Positions 49,213-57,933 of a stretch of 64,000 nt of DNA are shown here, piece after piece. Position 1 is the stretch's first letter. Each line of letters starts with the position of its first letter. The position numbers and the translations under genes were made by a program. The notes under the pieces were generated by a model, which was not told where the DNA came from, did no database searches, and worked only from the letters and a program-made list of their open reading frames with translations. This stretch comes from Myxococcota bacterium (GTDB taxonomy: Bacteria > Myxococcota > XYA12-FULL-58-9 > JALHOP01): positions 77,592-141,591 of the forward strand of contig JALHOP010000007.1 of the NCBI GenBank assembly GCA_022842935.1. The letters run 5' to 3'.

Positions 49213-52200
49213 TTGACTGGGAGCATGCTCACGAGTTCCTCACTGGCTCTCGAAGTCGAAGCCTCGCTCCGTCGTGCGATCGATGACGGCCTGGTCGGTG
49301 CCGACCTGCGAAAGATCGTCATCGGCCCGAGCGACGACCGCCATCGCATCGACATCTGGGCCGTCGCGGGCTGGAGCGACTACGACGACCGCCCGCCGGC
49401 CGCCCCCTTGGCAAGTGTCGACAACCGAGCGGCGCTCGAGGTTATCGACGCGCTCGAAGCCAAGGCCAAGAAGACGTCCGGGACCAAAGCCAAAGTCCTG
49501 TTCGATCGCTACGAGAGCGCATTGCGGCCGTCGCGCCTTGCGCATCCAGACCCGCGTGTCGACGCCGCCATCGTCGCCCATGAAGAACGCCTGGAGGCGA
49601 CGATCGTTGCCGCCCTGCGTGAAGTCGCGACGGGGGGGCGTCTGCCGCAGTTGACCGCCAAAGTCGTTGGGCTGTTTTCGTTCAACGTCGGCAAGCGCTC
49701 GTCGATGCGGCTCGAGGCCTTCTATCATCCGCACGGGGCCGGACGCTTGCTGTCGGTCATGGAGAAGATCCCACCGACCACTCTGGTTTACCCGTGGGCG
49801 TCACTACACGACGACGGCATCACGTTGTTCTTCAAGGGCGACGACGACACCGCGTCAGAAGTCAAAGAGCGGCTGTTCGCCAACATGTCCTTCTACGCCT
49901 TCGATGACGGCGAGGCGCACGTACGCATGAAGACGGAGGCCATGACCTACGCGTACCAGCACGGTCACGAGAATCAGTCGCTGAGCAACGACGAGGTCGA
50001 TGCGTTGCTTGCCGTGCATTTGAAGAAGCGGCCTGAGCTCGCGCTCGATCTGGAAGGGTTTCCGGCGCCGAACGACAAGAAGGCAGTCGACCGCTTCGTC
50101 GCGCTCTACCGCGAAAGCGGATTCGAGCACGAGACACGCAAAGTGGTCGCCTCGATCGTGAAGAGACATGGGCCACTCGCGCCCGCGGTTCTACTCGATG
50201 AGCTGCCACAGTCTCACCCCGGGCGTACGCAGGGCTACGGCGTCTGGTCAGAATTGCTCGCGAAAGCGGAGCGATACGAGGAGGCGCTGGCTGCGGCTCG
50301 ACAGATCGACGCGAGCTGGCGCTACTACTACTGGGAAGCCGAGCTCGAGAGCCTCGTTGAGCTCGGCCGTTTCGATGAGCTCGAACGATTCTGCGCGGAA
50401 CGCGCCAAAGATCAAGGGCGCGGGCATAGCGGTCCGCCGCTCGAGCGGACGGCGCCGTACAGGGCGTTGGCCTTGGTGAAGCAAGGACGAAGCGGCGAGG
50501 CCATGGCGCTTCTCGAGCGACACAAAGACGACCGGGGCGAACACGAGCACGCCTGGGCGAAGGCTGCCGCGCTCGCCGCGACGAATCCTGCGGCCGCAGA
50601 GTCAGCGTTGCGAGCTGCGTTGGGTGCGGGGTCGTCATTCGTGCACCGCGCTACACGCGACTTCGCGGCGTACCCACGCCTCATGGCACTGCTCGAGGAG
50701 CGCGCGCGCCACGAACGCGCTCGTGAGCAGAGCGCCGTCGCGGCTGAGAGGCGCGTTCGGCGCGTGATCGCGAAAACCTTGCCGAAGCCGCGCGCCGCGC
50801 AAGGCTCCTGGCACGTCGCGGGGCGGCAGGCGAAGCGACCTACCAAGAGAAAGTCCAAGAGTACACTGCGGGGCCCGAGCATGCAGGCGCTGCAGCGCGT
50901 GCTCTTGACCGACGATCACGTCGACTCCTGGCATCACGCCAAAGGCTTCTCGGTTGCCATGACCTCGAGCGGCCTGTGCGTTGTCGATACGTCACGGCCC
51001 AAGCGGCCAGTCCTGCTCGCGAGTTTTGCCGCGTCGACCGAGCGCCACACTGCGGCGCTGCTCGACGGCCACGAGCTCATCGTCGCTGCGACCGACCGCA
51101 TCGCGTGGTTCGACCTTGCGAAACCGAGCGCGCCGAAGCTCAGGAGCGTTCTTGCCGTTGGCATCGAGGACGATGACCGCGTCTACATCGACCGCCTCGA
51201 GCGTCGCGGAGACCTCGTGTTTGCGTTTCGCTCTGGTCTCATCATCGTTCGGTCCCCGCGCGGCGGGCGACCGTCCGTGGTCGGTCGACTTCCTATCAAC
51301 CCAGTCCAGCTCGCTTTGTCTGGAACGCGTCTCATGGTCGCCGACGGCGCCAAGGACCTGCTCTGGGAGGTGAAGGTGCCCAAGGCAGGCGCTGCGCAGG
51401 TGGTTGGTGTGCACCCGGTGAAGACGAGCAAAGGCGATAAAGTCGTTCTCGATGACGCGACCGCATTTGCGTGGCAGGGTAAGCGGCTCGTGCTCACGCG
51501 CCCGGGCGGTACCGTTCTTTGCCGCCACGTCGCGCCGAAAGCGCGTCCGGACGGTCTCGATGCACGCGGCAAGAAGCTGGTTCGACCCATCGTCGAGCTC
51601 GTGGCGCGCGCCCTGGCGGAACTTCGCCAGAGCAAGCCAGACTTTCTCGCCGGCGTTCTGAAGCTCGGGTGGGGCGGGGGACCGAGCCTTACGCTGACGG
51701 TCGACGCTCCTAGAGGGTTCGTGGGTCTCGAGAGTGGCTATGCGCTCGAAGAGCCACTCGCTGTGGAGCTCGCTTTCGCGGATGTCATCGCTGACGTGCA
51801 GCTCGAGGGGCTACTTTCGTGGGGACCGCAGGTCGACGCGCTGCGACGCAAGGCCGATGAGGACCAAGACAGGCTGCGCGCCATGAACACTCGCCGTCAC
51901 GAGGTTTGGCACGCCACCTTGCGCGACGTGGCGCGCGCGTTGACACGCCGATCCGAGGTCGAGGCAGTCGCTAGCGGCCGCGTCTACTTGCTCATCGAGG
52001 CAGCTGGCCTCGAGCTTGCGAGCATCATGCACACGCGTAAGCCATGGGTTCCGCATCGCCCACTGCCCACCGGCGAGGTTCCCATCGAAAAGCTCATTGA
52101 GGACTATCAGCAGACCTCGACCATCTATCGACGCGCGCGCAAGGATGCAGCGGTACGCACCGAGGTGTTCCGCTTGAGCGCACAGGGTCGTTGGATGGCA

Positions 52201-53613
52201 ATCAAGATCGCGCTCGCTCTCGCGGATATCGACATCGAAGGTGTCATGGGGTGCCTGTCGCAAGCGGTTGCGACGACCGACGCCGAGGGGTTTGCCACGA
52301 TTCCCGTGATGAAGTTCCTCGCCAGTCATCGCGAGCGCCCGGACGCGCGGCGCATTCTCGAAACGGTGCTGGCCGAGGGTCGCGAGCATTGGGTTGTTCA
52401 CGCCGCCGCCGCGTTGCAGCGCAATGACGTCCTTACGCGCGAGGCGACCCGTATGCTGGACGCCCTGTTCGAGGACGGCTCGCAGCTCTGGGGATCTCAG
52501 CTCGAGACGTTTGATGCGTGCTTCGAGGCCCTGCGGGATGGGCTCGAGCCGCTCCGGCCTCGCCTGGTAGCGGCGATGGCGAATCTCAAACCGAGCCACG
52601 ACGACGCTCTGGCCGCGTTAGCCATGGCTCTCTATCGGAGCGGCCATGCGCAGGCTCCCGAGCTCGTGCGCGAGAAGGCACAGGTGGCCAAGCAAGACGA
52701 GGAGTACCACGGCGCGTCCGGTATCGCGGAGCTCGACGAGGAGTCGAATTTCGCGCCTGAGAAGATCGCAACAGCCGAGCGTGAGTGGACTAGCGACGCT
52801 CTCGTCACGCGCGTCGCAACCCTCGCCAAGAGCAACGCGCTCGACGAAAGCGTTTGGCCGTCCGATCTACCTCCTGAGCCGTATCCCGCGAGCTGGCGCT
52901 ATTTTTTCGCGCTTGCTTGGCCCAAGATCGAACGTGCTGGCCAGGTGGATTGGCTGGTGGCGACACTCGCCCGCCACACGGATCTCGAGCCCAAGTGGCG
53001 CAATGACAAGAAGCTGCTCCTCGCGGTCTACGACGAGCTAGCGCGGCGCAACGATGCTGTGCGAGCCGCCGCGCTTGCCAAGGCAGTCATGGATTCGCCG
53101 ACGGGGGCATTCGACGGGGTCGCGACACGGAGCGACGCGAGCATCCGCGCCAGCATGGAGAAGCTTCATGGCCAGGCCTCCGCCGTGCAAGGCTTTGCCT
53201 TGGCGCGGGCCGGTAAGCTCGACGAGGCGCGGGCGCTGTGCGACGCGCTGCTTGCGACCGCTCCAGCGGACGGCCAAGCATTGTTCCTCGACGCGCGGCT
53301 CGCGTGGCTCGCCAGTACTCCAGAAGCGGGCATCGAGCGCGCCAAGCAGAACCTCGACAGAACAAGCGACGCCCCGGGGCGTGGGCGCCTGTTCAACCTC
53401 ATGGGCTGCGCCTTCGATGAGCTCAAACGGTGGCCGGAGGCCATCGAAGCCTTCAAGCAAGCCCACAGTATCCATACGGATGCCGAATACCTGGCCAATA
53501 TCGCCGAGTGCTATCAGAAGCTCGGTGACGTCGAGAGCGCGCGCAGCCACGCCGTGGCGGCGAAGCGAGCGGGCTCGAAGGCGCCCATTGTCGCCACGAT
53601 CCTCGCCGAGTAA
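49213..53613 (+). CDS. Large multidomain protein (TPR-like, LVIVD-like propeller, helical repeats)
   Basis: 1466-aa ORF; VDTSRPKRP and FDLAKPSAP propeller-type motifs; C-terminal TPRs. Confidence 0.8.
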   Translation: MTGSMLTSSSLALEVEASLRRAIDDGLVGADLRKIVIGPSDDRHRIDIWAVAGWSDYDDRPPAAPLASVDNRAALEVIDALEAKAKKTSGTKAKVLFDRYESALRPSRLAHPDPRVDAAIVAHEERLEATIVAALREVATGGRLPQLTAKVVGLFSFNVGKRSSMRLEAFYHPHGAGRLLSVMEKIPPTTLVYPWASLHDDGITLFFKGDDDTASEVKERLFANMSFYAFDDGEAHVRMKTEAMTYAYQHGHENQSLSNDEVDALLAVHLKKRPELALDLEGFPAPNDKKAVDRFVALYRESGFEHETRKVVASIVKRHGPLAPAVLLDELPQSHPGRTQGYGVWSELLAKAERYEEALAAARQIDASWRYYYWEAELESLVELGRFDELERFCAERAKDQGRGHSGPPLERTAPYRALALVKQGRSGEAMALLERHKDDRGEHEHAWAKAAALAATNPAAAESALRAALGAGSSFVHRATRDFAAYPRLMALLEERARHERAREQSAVAAERRVRRVIAKTLPKPRAAQGSWHVAGRQAKRPTKRKSKSTLRGPSMQALQRVLLTDDHVDSWHHAKGFSVAMTSSGLCVVDTSRPKRPVLLASFAASTERHTAALLDGHELIVAATDRIAWFDLAKPSAPKLRSVLAVGIEDDDRVYIDRLERRGDLVFAFRSGLIIVRSPRGGRPSVVGRLPINPVQLALSGTRLMVADGAKDLLWEVKVPKAGAAQVVGVHPVKTSKGDKVVLDDATAFAWQGKRLVLTRPGGTVLCRHVAPKARPDGLDARGKKLVRPIVELVARALAELRQSKPDFLAGVLKLGWGGGPSLTLTVDAPRGFVGLESGYALEEPLAVELAFADVIADVQLEGLLSWGPQVDALRRKADEDQDRLRAMNTRRHEVWHATLRDVARALTRRSEVEAVASGRVYLLIEAAGLELASIMHTRKPWVPHRPLPTGEVPIEKLIEDYQQTSTIYRRARKDAAVRTEVFRLSAQGRWMAIKIALALADIDIEGVMGCLSQAVATTDAEGFATIPVMKFLASHRERPDARRILETVLAEGREHWVVHAAAALQRNDVLTREATRMLDALFEDGSQLWGSQLETFDACFEALRDGLEPLRPRLVAAMANLKPSHDDALAALAMALYRSGHAQAPELVREKAQVAKQDEEYHGASGIAELDEESNFAPEKIATAEREWTSDALVTRVATLAKSNALDESVWPSDLPPEPYPASWRYFFALAWPKIERAGQVDWLVATLARHTDLEPKWRNDKKLLLAVYDELARRNDAVRAAALAKAVMDSPTGAFDGVATRSDASIRASMEKLHGQASAVQGFALARAGKLDEARALCDALLATAPADGQALFLDARLAWLASTPEAGIERAKQNLDRTSDAPGRGRLFNLMGCAFDELKRWPEAIEAFKQAHSIHTDAEYLANIAECYQKLGDVESARSHAVAAKRAGSKAPIVATILAE

Positions 53614-53642
53614 GGCGCGGTTGCAGCGCGCGCTCGTCGCCG

Positions 53643-54452
53643 TTAGCAGTCGTCGAAGATGTACCCGCTCGCACCTTCGGGCACGAGGTCGCGGTCGCGC
53701 AACACGATCGACAGGTCGGGGTAGGCTTGGCAGCCGCGCGTGAAATCCTGACGACGGTATTCGATGACGAGCACGCCAAATCCGTATGCGTCGGTGTACG
53801 CGTCACACTCGTCATAGCGGTTGCACTCCTCGGCGACCACGAAATCGGTTGCCATCTCGTCGCGGCGGCCGACAAGCTCGCTTGCGTTCTTTTGCGCGAT
53901 GGCGAGATCGCGGGCGTGTGCTGCGTCCGCGAAAGCGCGCAGGGTGGCGACCGCGTCGTCTTCGTTCAAGAGCCCCTGCGAGCGCGTGTAGGTATCGAGG
54001 TTGTCGATCTCGATGGCGTCGAAGCCAGCATCAGCGCAGCCGGCGATCCATGTGCCCACGACGGTCGCGAGCTCGGCTCGACGCGTGCTCCCCCGGGTGT
54101 CGAGGATGGCTTCGTTCCAGTCGTCGTCGATGACCAAGTCGCCTTGGGCGTCGCGCAACAAGAGGCCCGGGTGCTCGCTCTCCCAAAAAGCTTGCTCACC
54201 GGGCTGCACCTGAAAGCCGTTCACGTAGCAGATGTTGTAGGCACCAGCCGCTGGCGTGTCGCTACGGTCGCGCGCGACGATGCCGACCCCGGCGGGCAGC
54301 GGGTAACCGCCCCCGAGCTGATAGTCGAGCCCGGTGTCGACCGGCGGGCGGCCCCAGGGACCAACCTGCGCAGCGTCGTCGATGACCTTGGGGTCGCCTG
54401 TATTGCCCGAACAAGCGCTTAACGCGACCGCGGCGAGGAAAATCCAGCGCAT
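53643..54452 (-). CDS. GH114 endo-alpha-1,4-polygalactosaminidase-like lipoprotein
   Basis: LSAC lipobox; DYQLGG, YNICYVNGFQ, GFDAIEIDNLD, AQKN, AEEC. Confidence 0.88.
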   Translation of the reverse strand: MRWIFLAAVALSACSGNTGDPKVIDDAAQVGPWGRPPVDTGLDYQLGGGYPLPAGVGIVARDRSDTPAAGAYNICYVNGFQVQPGEQAFWESEHPGLLLRDAQGDLVIDDDWNEAILDTRGSTRRAELATVVGTWIAGCADAGFDAIEIDNLDTYTRSQGLLNEDDAVATLRAFADAAHARDLAIAQKNASELVGRRDEMATDFVVAEECNRYDECDAYTDAYGFGVLVIEYRRQDFTRGCQAYPDLSIVLRDRDLVPEGASGYIFDDC

Positions 54453-54480
54453 AGGCAAATCCAACGAACGTGGACGTAGC

Positions 54481-54852
54481 CTACCCCGGCAAATTGCGCA
54501 ATGCGATGTCGGCGCGACGCACCACATCGAGGGCTGCGCGCGCGCTCTCCAAGGCGGGCGCGAGAAAGCGGCTTGGGGAGGCGGGATCGTCCCTGTGCGC
54601 GTTGACGGACGCTTGGACAGCGACGCGCTTGAGCTCATCCGCAGGCGCGCCTCTCAGGTGACCGAGATAGATGGCCCAAGCACCAGCTAGCGCATCGCGC
54701 TCGGCGGCGGCACTTGGAGATGCATGAGAACGGCCATAGCGGCCGTGGCTATAGTGCGCTTCGCGGATCTGCTCTGCTGTCGTAGTCGGCGGGGTATTGG
54801 TCTCAGCCGTGAACAGGGGTGAACGCCTCCCTAGGGATGACACGTCATGCAT
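54481..54852 (-). CDS. Hypothetical protein with a Thr/Pro-rich N-terminus
   Basis: GAGGA RBS; preceded by the sigma28-like motif. Confidence 0.55.
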   Translation of the reverse strand: MHDVSSLGRRSPLFTAETNTPPTTTAEQIREAHYSHGRYGRSHASPSAAAERDALAGAWAIYLGHLRGAPADELKRVAVQASVNAHRDDPASPSRFLAPALESARAALDVVRRADIALRNLPG

Positions 54853-54904
54853 TAGGAAGTCCTCACTGCTGGCTGAAGCTCGGCCGTTGTCGCCACGGCT
54901 AGGA

Positions 54905-54931
54905 ATATCGGAGGCGACGTGTCGCCGGTGC
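54905..54931 (-). promoter_or_regulatory. Putative sigma28-like promoter GCACCG-N13-TCCGATAT
   Basis: Recurring motif. Confidence 0.5.
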
Positions 54932-55035
54932 CCGAAATAGGGCCAGACATGGCGTCATGACGCGCGTGTTCGCTCGCGTCGCGTCGCGGCACGACGACGA
55001 ACGTTCGGGGAGCTCGGCCTTGCGCACGCTCCCGC

Positions 55036-55776
55036 TTACCCAGCGTCGCTCGCGAGCTTCGTGAAGTCGTGCTTGGCAAGCCGGTCCGCCTCGATGAAGA
55101 CCATGAGCTTGTCGCCGTCGTGCCACTCCCACCAGAGGTCCCCATCGGAGCCGAGCGTGATGAGACTCTTCCACCCCTGGCCTGGTGTTGGATCGTAGCC
55201 GAGGGAACAGTGCGAGGGGTAGCCAAGTAGATAGTGCGGACTCACGTGCAGAGAATCACGCAGGCGACCGTAGTCCTCCATGCGATCGTAGTCTGTGCCG
55301 AGCGGCCAAGCGTCGACCTGATACTGGTCGAACGGCAGGTCGACGCCGCTGTGAAAGCGTACCGCTCGCGCTCCGCCAAAAGAGACGCTTTCGGGTGGGG
55401 CAACCGTGGTGAGCGCGTTGTCGGGCGCAAACACGAACGCCTTGACGTAGCCAGGGCTCCGCCAGAAAAACTTGCCGTCGTCCGAGTCGATGCCTACGAA
55501 CAGGCTCAAGAGCCCCTTGGTGGGAAGCGCCGCGCCAATCGCTGGGAGCTCGCCGCAGTCGATCTGAGCGATGAAACGGTAGGGGCCGTGTGGAGACTCC
55601 GGCCAGGGCATTCCTCGGGGCAGATCCGGCGAGCCGCCGAACCTGCTCCTACGGGTTTGAATCGCCGCGCCCGTGATCTCGATATCGATGCACGGCCGTG
55701 CGTGTGCTACGAGGTAGTCCGAATGCGCCGAGAACGGCGAGTCACGCAGGCATTGCGTGAGGCGCGCAAGGTCCAT
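55036..55776 (-). CDS. YwqG/DUF1963-family protein
   Basis: SRFGGSPDLP...WP, FIAQIDC, GLLSLF, LLGYP, WHDG.LMVFI...L...DF. Confidence 0.85.
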   Translation of the reverse strand: MDLARLTQCLRDSPFSAHSDYLVAHARPCIDIEITGAAIQTRRSRFGGSPDLPRGMPWPESPHGPYRFIAQIDCGELPAIGAALPTKGLLSLFVGIDSDDGKFFWRSPGYVKAFVFAPDNALTTVAPPESVSFGGARAVRFHSGVDLPFDQYQVDAWPLGTDYDRMEDYGRLRDSLHVSPHYLLGYPSHCSLGYDPTPGQGWKSLITLGSDGDLWWEWHDGDKLMVFIEADRLAKHDFTKLASDAG

Positions 55777-55852
55777 GTTGGCGACTCCTAGCGGGTCGCG
55801 ACTCCTCGCGCAATGCTAACGCCCGGTGCACGGTTCTCCGCGCACCGTGCGG

Positions 55853-57157
55853 CTACGCCGGTAGCGTCGCGTTGCTCGCGATGCGTGCGACCTCGGCCGT
55901 CAGGTCGCGGAACCTGCGCACCTTGTTCCCTCCGTTATCGCGGATGATTTTGTCGACCGTGTCGGTCGGCTGGTGGTAGTCCGAGTGCAAGTCACCGCCG
56001 CCCCGCGGGTTCGAGAGACCTTCGAAGGCGAAGACCGTGGGGATGCCCGCCTGCGTGAAGTTCCAGCCGTCCTGGCGTTGCTCGAACTGATCGATGTCGC
56101 GGTTCACCGTGGTGAACTTGTTTGCGCCCAACGCCTCGTTGGCCTTGAGGACGGCGTCACGCATGAAGCCAGAGCCGCTGCCACCGCCCAGAGACATGCG
56201 CTCGAGCTCCCAGCGGCCGCACATGTCGACGTTGTAGCAACCCTTGATCGCCGTCACCGGGATGCCTGGCAATGGATGCTTGATGAAGTAGCGTGAGCCG
56301 ACCAGACCCTTCTCTTCGGCCGCGGTCAGCAGCACGATGACCGAGCGGTTGAGCTTGCCCGCCTTCTGCAGCTCCTGGAGCTGGGGCAGCGCCGCCAAGA
56401 GGGTGCCCGAGCCCGACGCGTTGTCGTCGGCGCCGAAGTTGATGGTGTTGCCACGCGCACCGATGTGATCGAGGTGCGCCATCAAGACGATGTATTCGTT
56501 CGCCTGTGGACCCGTACCGCGAACGACGCCAATCACGTTCTGCACCGGGCTTGCGGCCATGCCAGCGCGTTTCAACGCGTCGACACTAAGGTTGCCGCTA
56601 AAGCCGCCGCTGCGCGGTAGGCGGTGGCCATGCTGCTTGCGGATAGCGTCGTGCTCGTCTTTGGTCGTGGTGTCGTCGAGATAGAAGCCGTACTGGAAGA
56701 GCTGCGGGCCGATCGTCGGCCGGCCGTGGATGTGAAGGTGCGGCACGATGTCGAAGCCGAAAAGATCGAACGTCTGGTAGAACGGATTGCCCGAGGGGTC
56801 GCCCGAGTTCACACCCTCGAGGCCATATTTCTTCATGAGGTTCGTCGCGTATTGCGACGCGGCGTTGTAGCCCTCGGAGGGGCTGCCGCGGCCGCGGAGC
56901 TCGGCGGAAGCAAGGTACGTGATGTGCGTCATCGGGTCGGCGTCAGGGTTGGCGACACCTGGTCGAATCGACGTGATTGCCGTGATGCCTCTGCTGCCGA
57001 CGCGCTCGAGGCTACTCGAGAGACGCGCGACACCCTGGCCACTACGGAGGACCGGACCCTTGACCTTCGCGGGCTGGGACAATTGCCCAGAAGACGCGGA
57101 CAAAAAGGGCTTCGTGCCCAGCGTGGCGCGCTGGGCCTTACGGATGTCGTTGGTCAT
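55853..57157 (-). CDS. M28-family metallopeptidase with a basic, disordered N-terminal extension
   Basis: AHLDH, GADDNASG, AEEKGLVGS, NVDM, YHQPTD; no signal peptide. Confidence 0.9.
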   Translation of the reverse strand: MTNDIRKAQRATLGTKPFLSASSGQLSQPAKVKGPVLRSGQGVARLSSSLERVGSRGITAITSIRPGVANPDADPMTHITYLASAELRGRGSPSEGYNAASQYATNLMKKYGLEGVNSGDPSGNPFYQTFDLFGFDIVPHLHIHGRPTIGPQLFQYGFYLDDTTTKDEHDAIRKQHGHRLPRSGGFSGNLSVDALKRAGMAASPVQNVIGVVRGTGPQANEYIVLMAHLDHIGARGNTINFGADDNASGSGTLLAALPQLQELQKAGKLNRSVIVLLTAAEEKGLVGSRYFIKHPLPGIPVTAIKGCYNVDMCGRWELERMSLGGGSGSGFMRDAVLKANEALGANKFTTVNRDIDQFEQRQDGWNFTQAGIPTVFAFEGLSNPRGGGDLHSDYHQPTDTVDKIIRDNGGNKVRRFRDLTAEVARIASNATLPA

Positions 57158-57190
57158 GTTGCGGTTTCCGGAGAAGGGGAAGAACCAAGG

Positions 57191-57218
57191 TTATCTCGTG
57201 AGAGGGCGTGAAAGTTGC
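57191..57218 (-). promoter_or_regulatory. Putative sigma28-like promoter GCAACT-N14-CGAGATAA
   Basis: Recurring motif with a variant -10 box. Confidence 0.45.
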
Positions 57219-57299
57219 GGGGATTCGGAAGCGCGACCCTGGCTGGTTCACGGGTCGAAATCACGCAATGGTCACGCACACACGCGTCTTGCGCGTGCG

Positions 57300-57752
57300 T
57301 TAGTCGTCGTTGCCCGCAGAACCCGTGCTTGGGGCGCTAGATGCCCATGTTTTGATGAGCTGCTTGTCGGCATCCGAGAGCATTGCCGCTGTATGTAACG
57401 GAGTGTAGAGGCCCGGTGGCATCTCGCCCTCGGCAACCTCCTCGCCAATCTCGCGCTGAAGCTTCGATTGTGTTGCCACGGGCAGGGCCTCCCAGGTCGA
57501 GAAGTTCAGCGCGGCGCGTCCCTCTGCGACGTCGTAGTGCACCAACCAGGAGATGGGTGCGACGCGGCTATACCAGGGCCAGCTCGTTTCGTTGGAGTGG
57601 CAATCGTAACAAGCGCGCCTGAGTACCGCCTTGACCTCGGGCGTGGCCCGAATGTCGGCGGTCGCAGGGGCGTTCGTATGCTCGCAGGTCACCAGCTGGA
57701 TGGCTGCGAGCGTCGCGACTAATCCGAGTCCGATCTTCTTCGATACCTTCAT
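57300..57752 (-). CDS. Haem-binding domain c-type cytochrome
   Basis: CYDCH, WPWYS, LNFSTW, EMPP. Confidence 0.88.
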   Translation of the reverse strand: MKVSKKIGLGLVATLAAIQLVTCEHTNAPATADIRATPEVKAVLRRACYDCHSNETSWPWYSRVAPISWLVHYDVAEGRAALNFSTWEALPVATQSKLQREIGEEVAEGEMPPGLYTPLHTAAMLSDADKQLIKTWASSAPSTGSAGNDD

Positions 57753-57933
57753 GACGTGGGGTTCCTACAGCACGGCAGCGCCGAAGGCATCCACCACGTC
57801 TGCGACACCTACTGGTGTCGCAGTGCCGTAGAGCATCGCCGTTTTCGCCTGAATGTCATCGCTGTTGGCCTTTCAGAGACCGGCGGCGACCAGTTCGGCT
57901 CGCTCGCTTGAGCCGCAGGCCGCCCGTTTCGCC

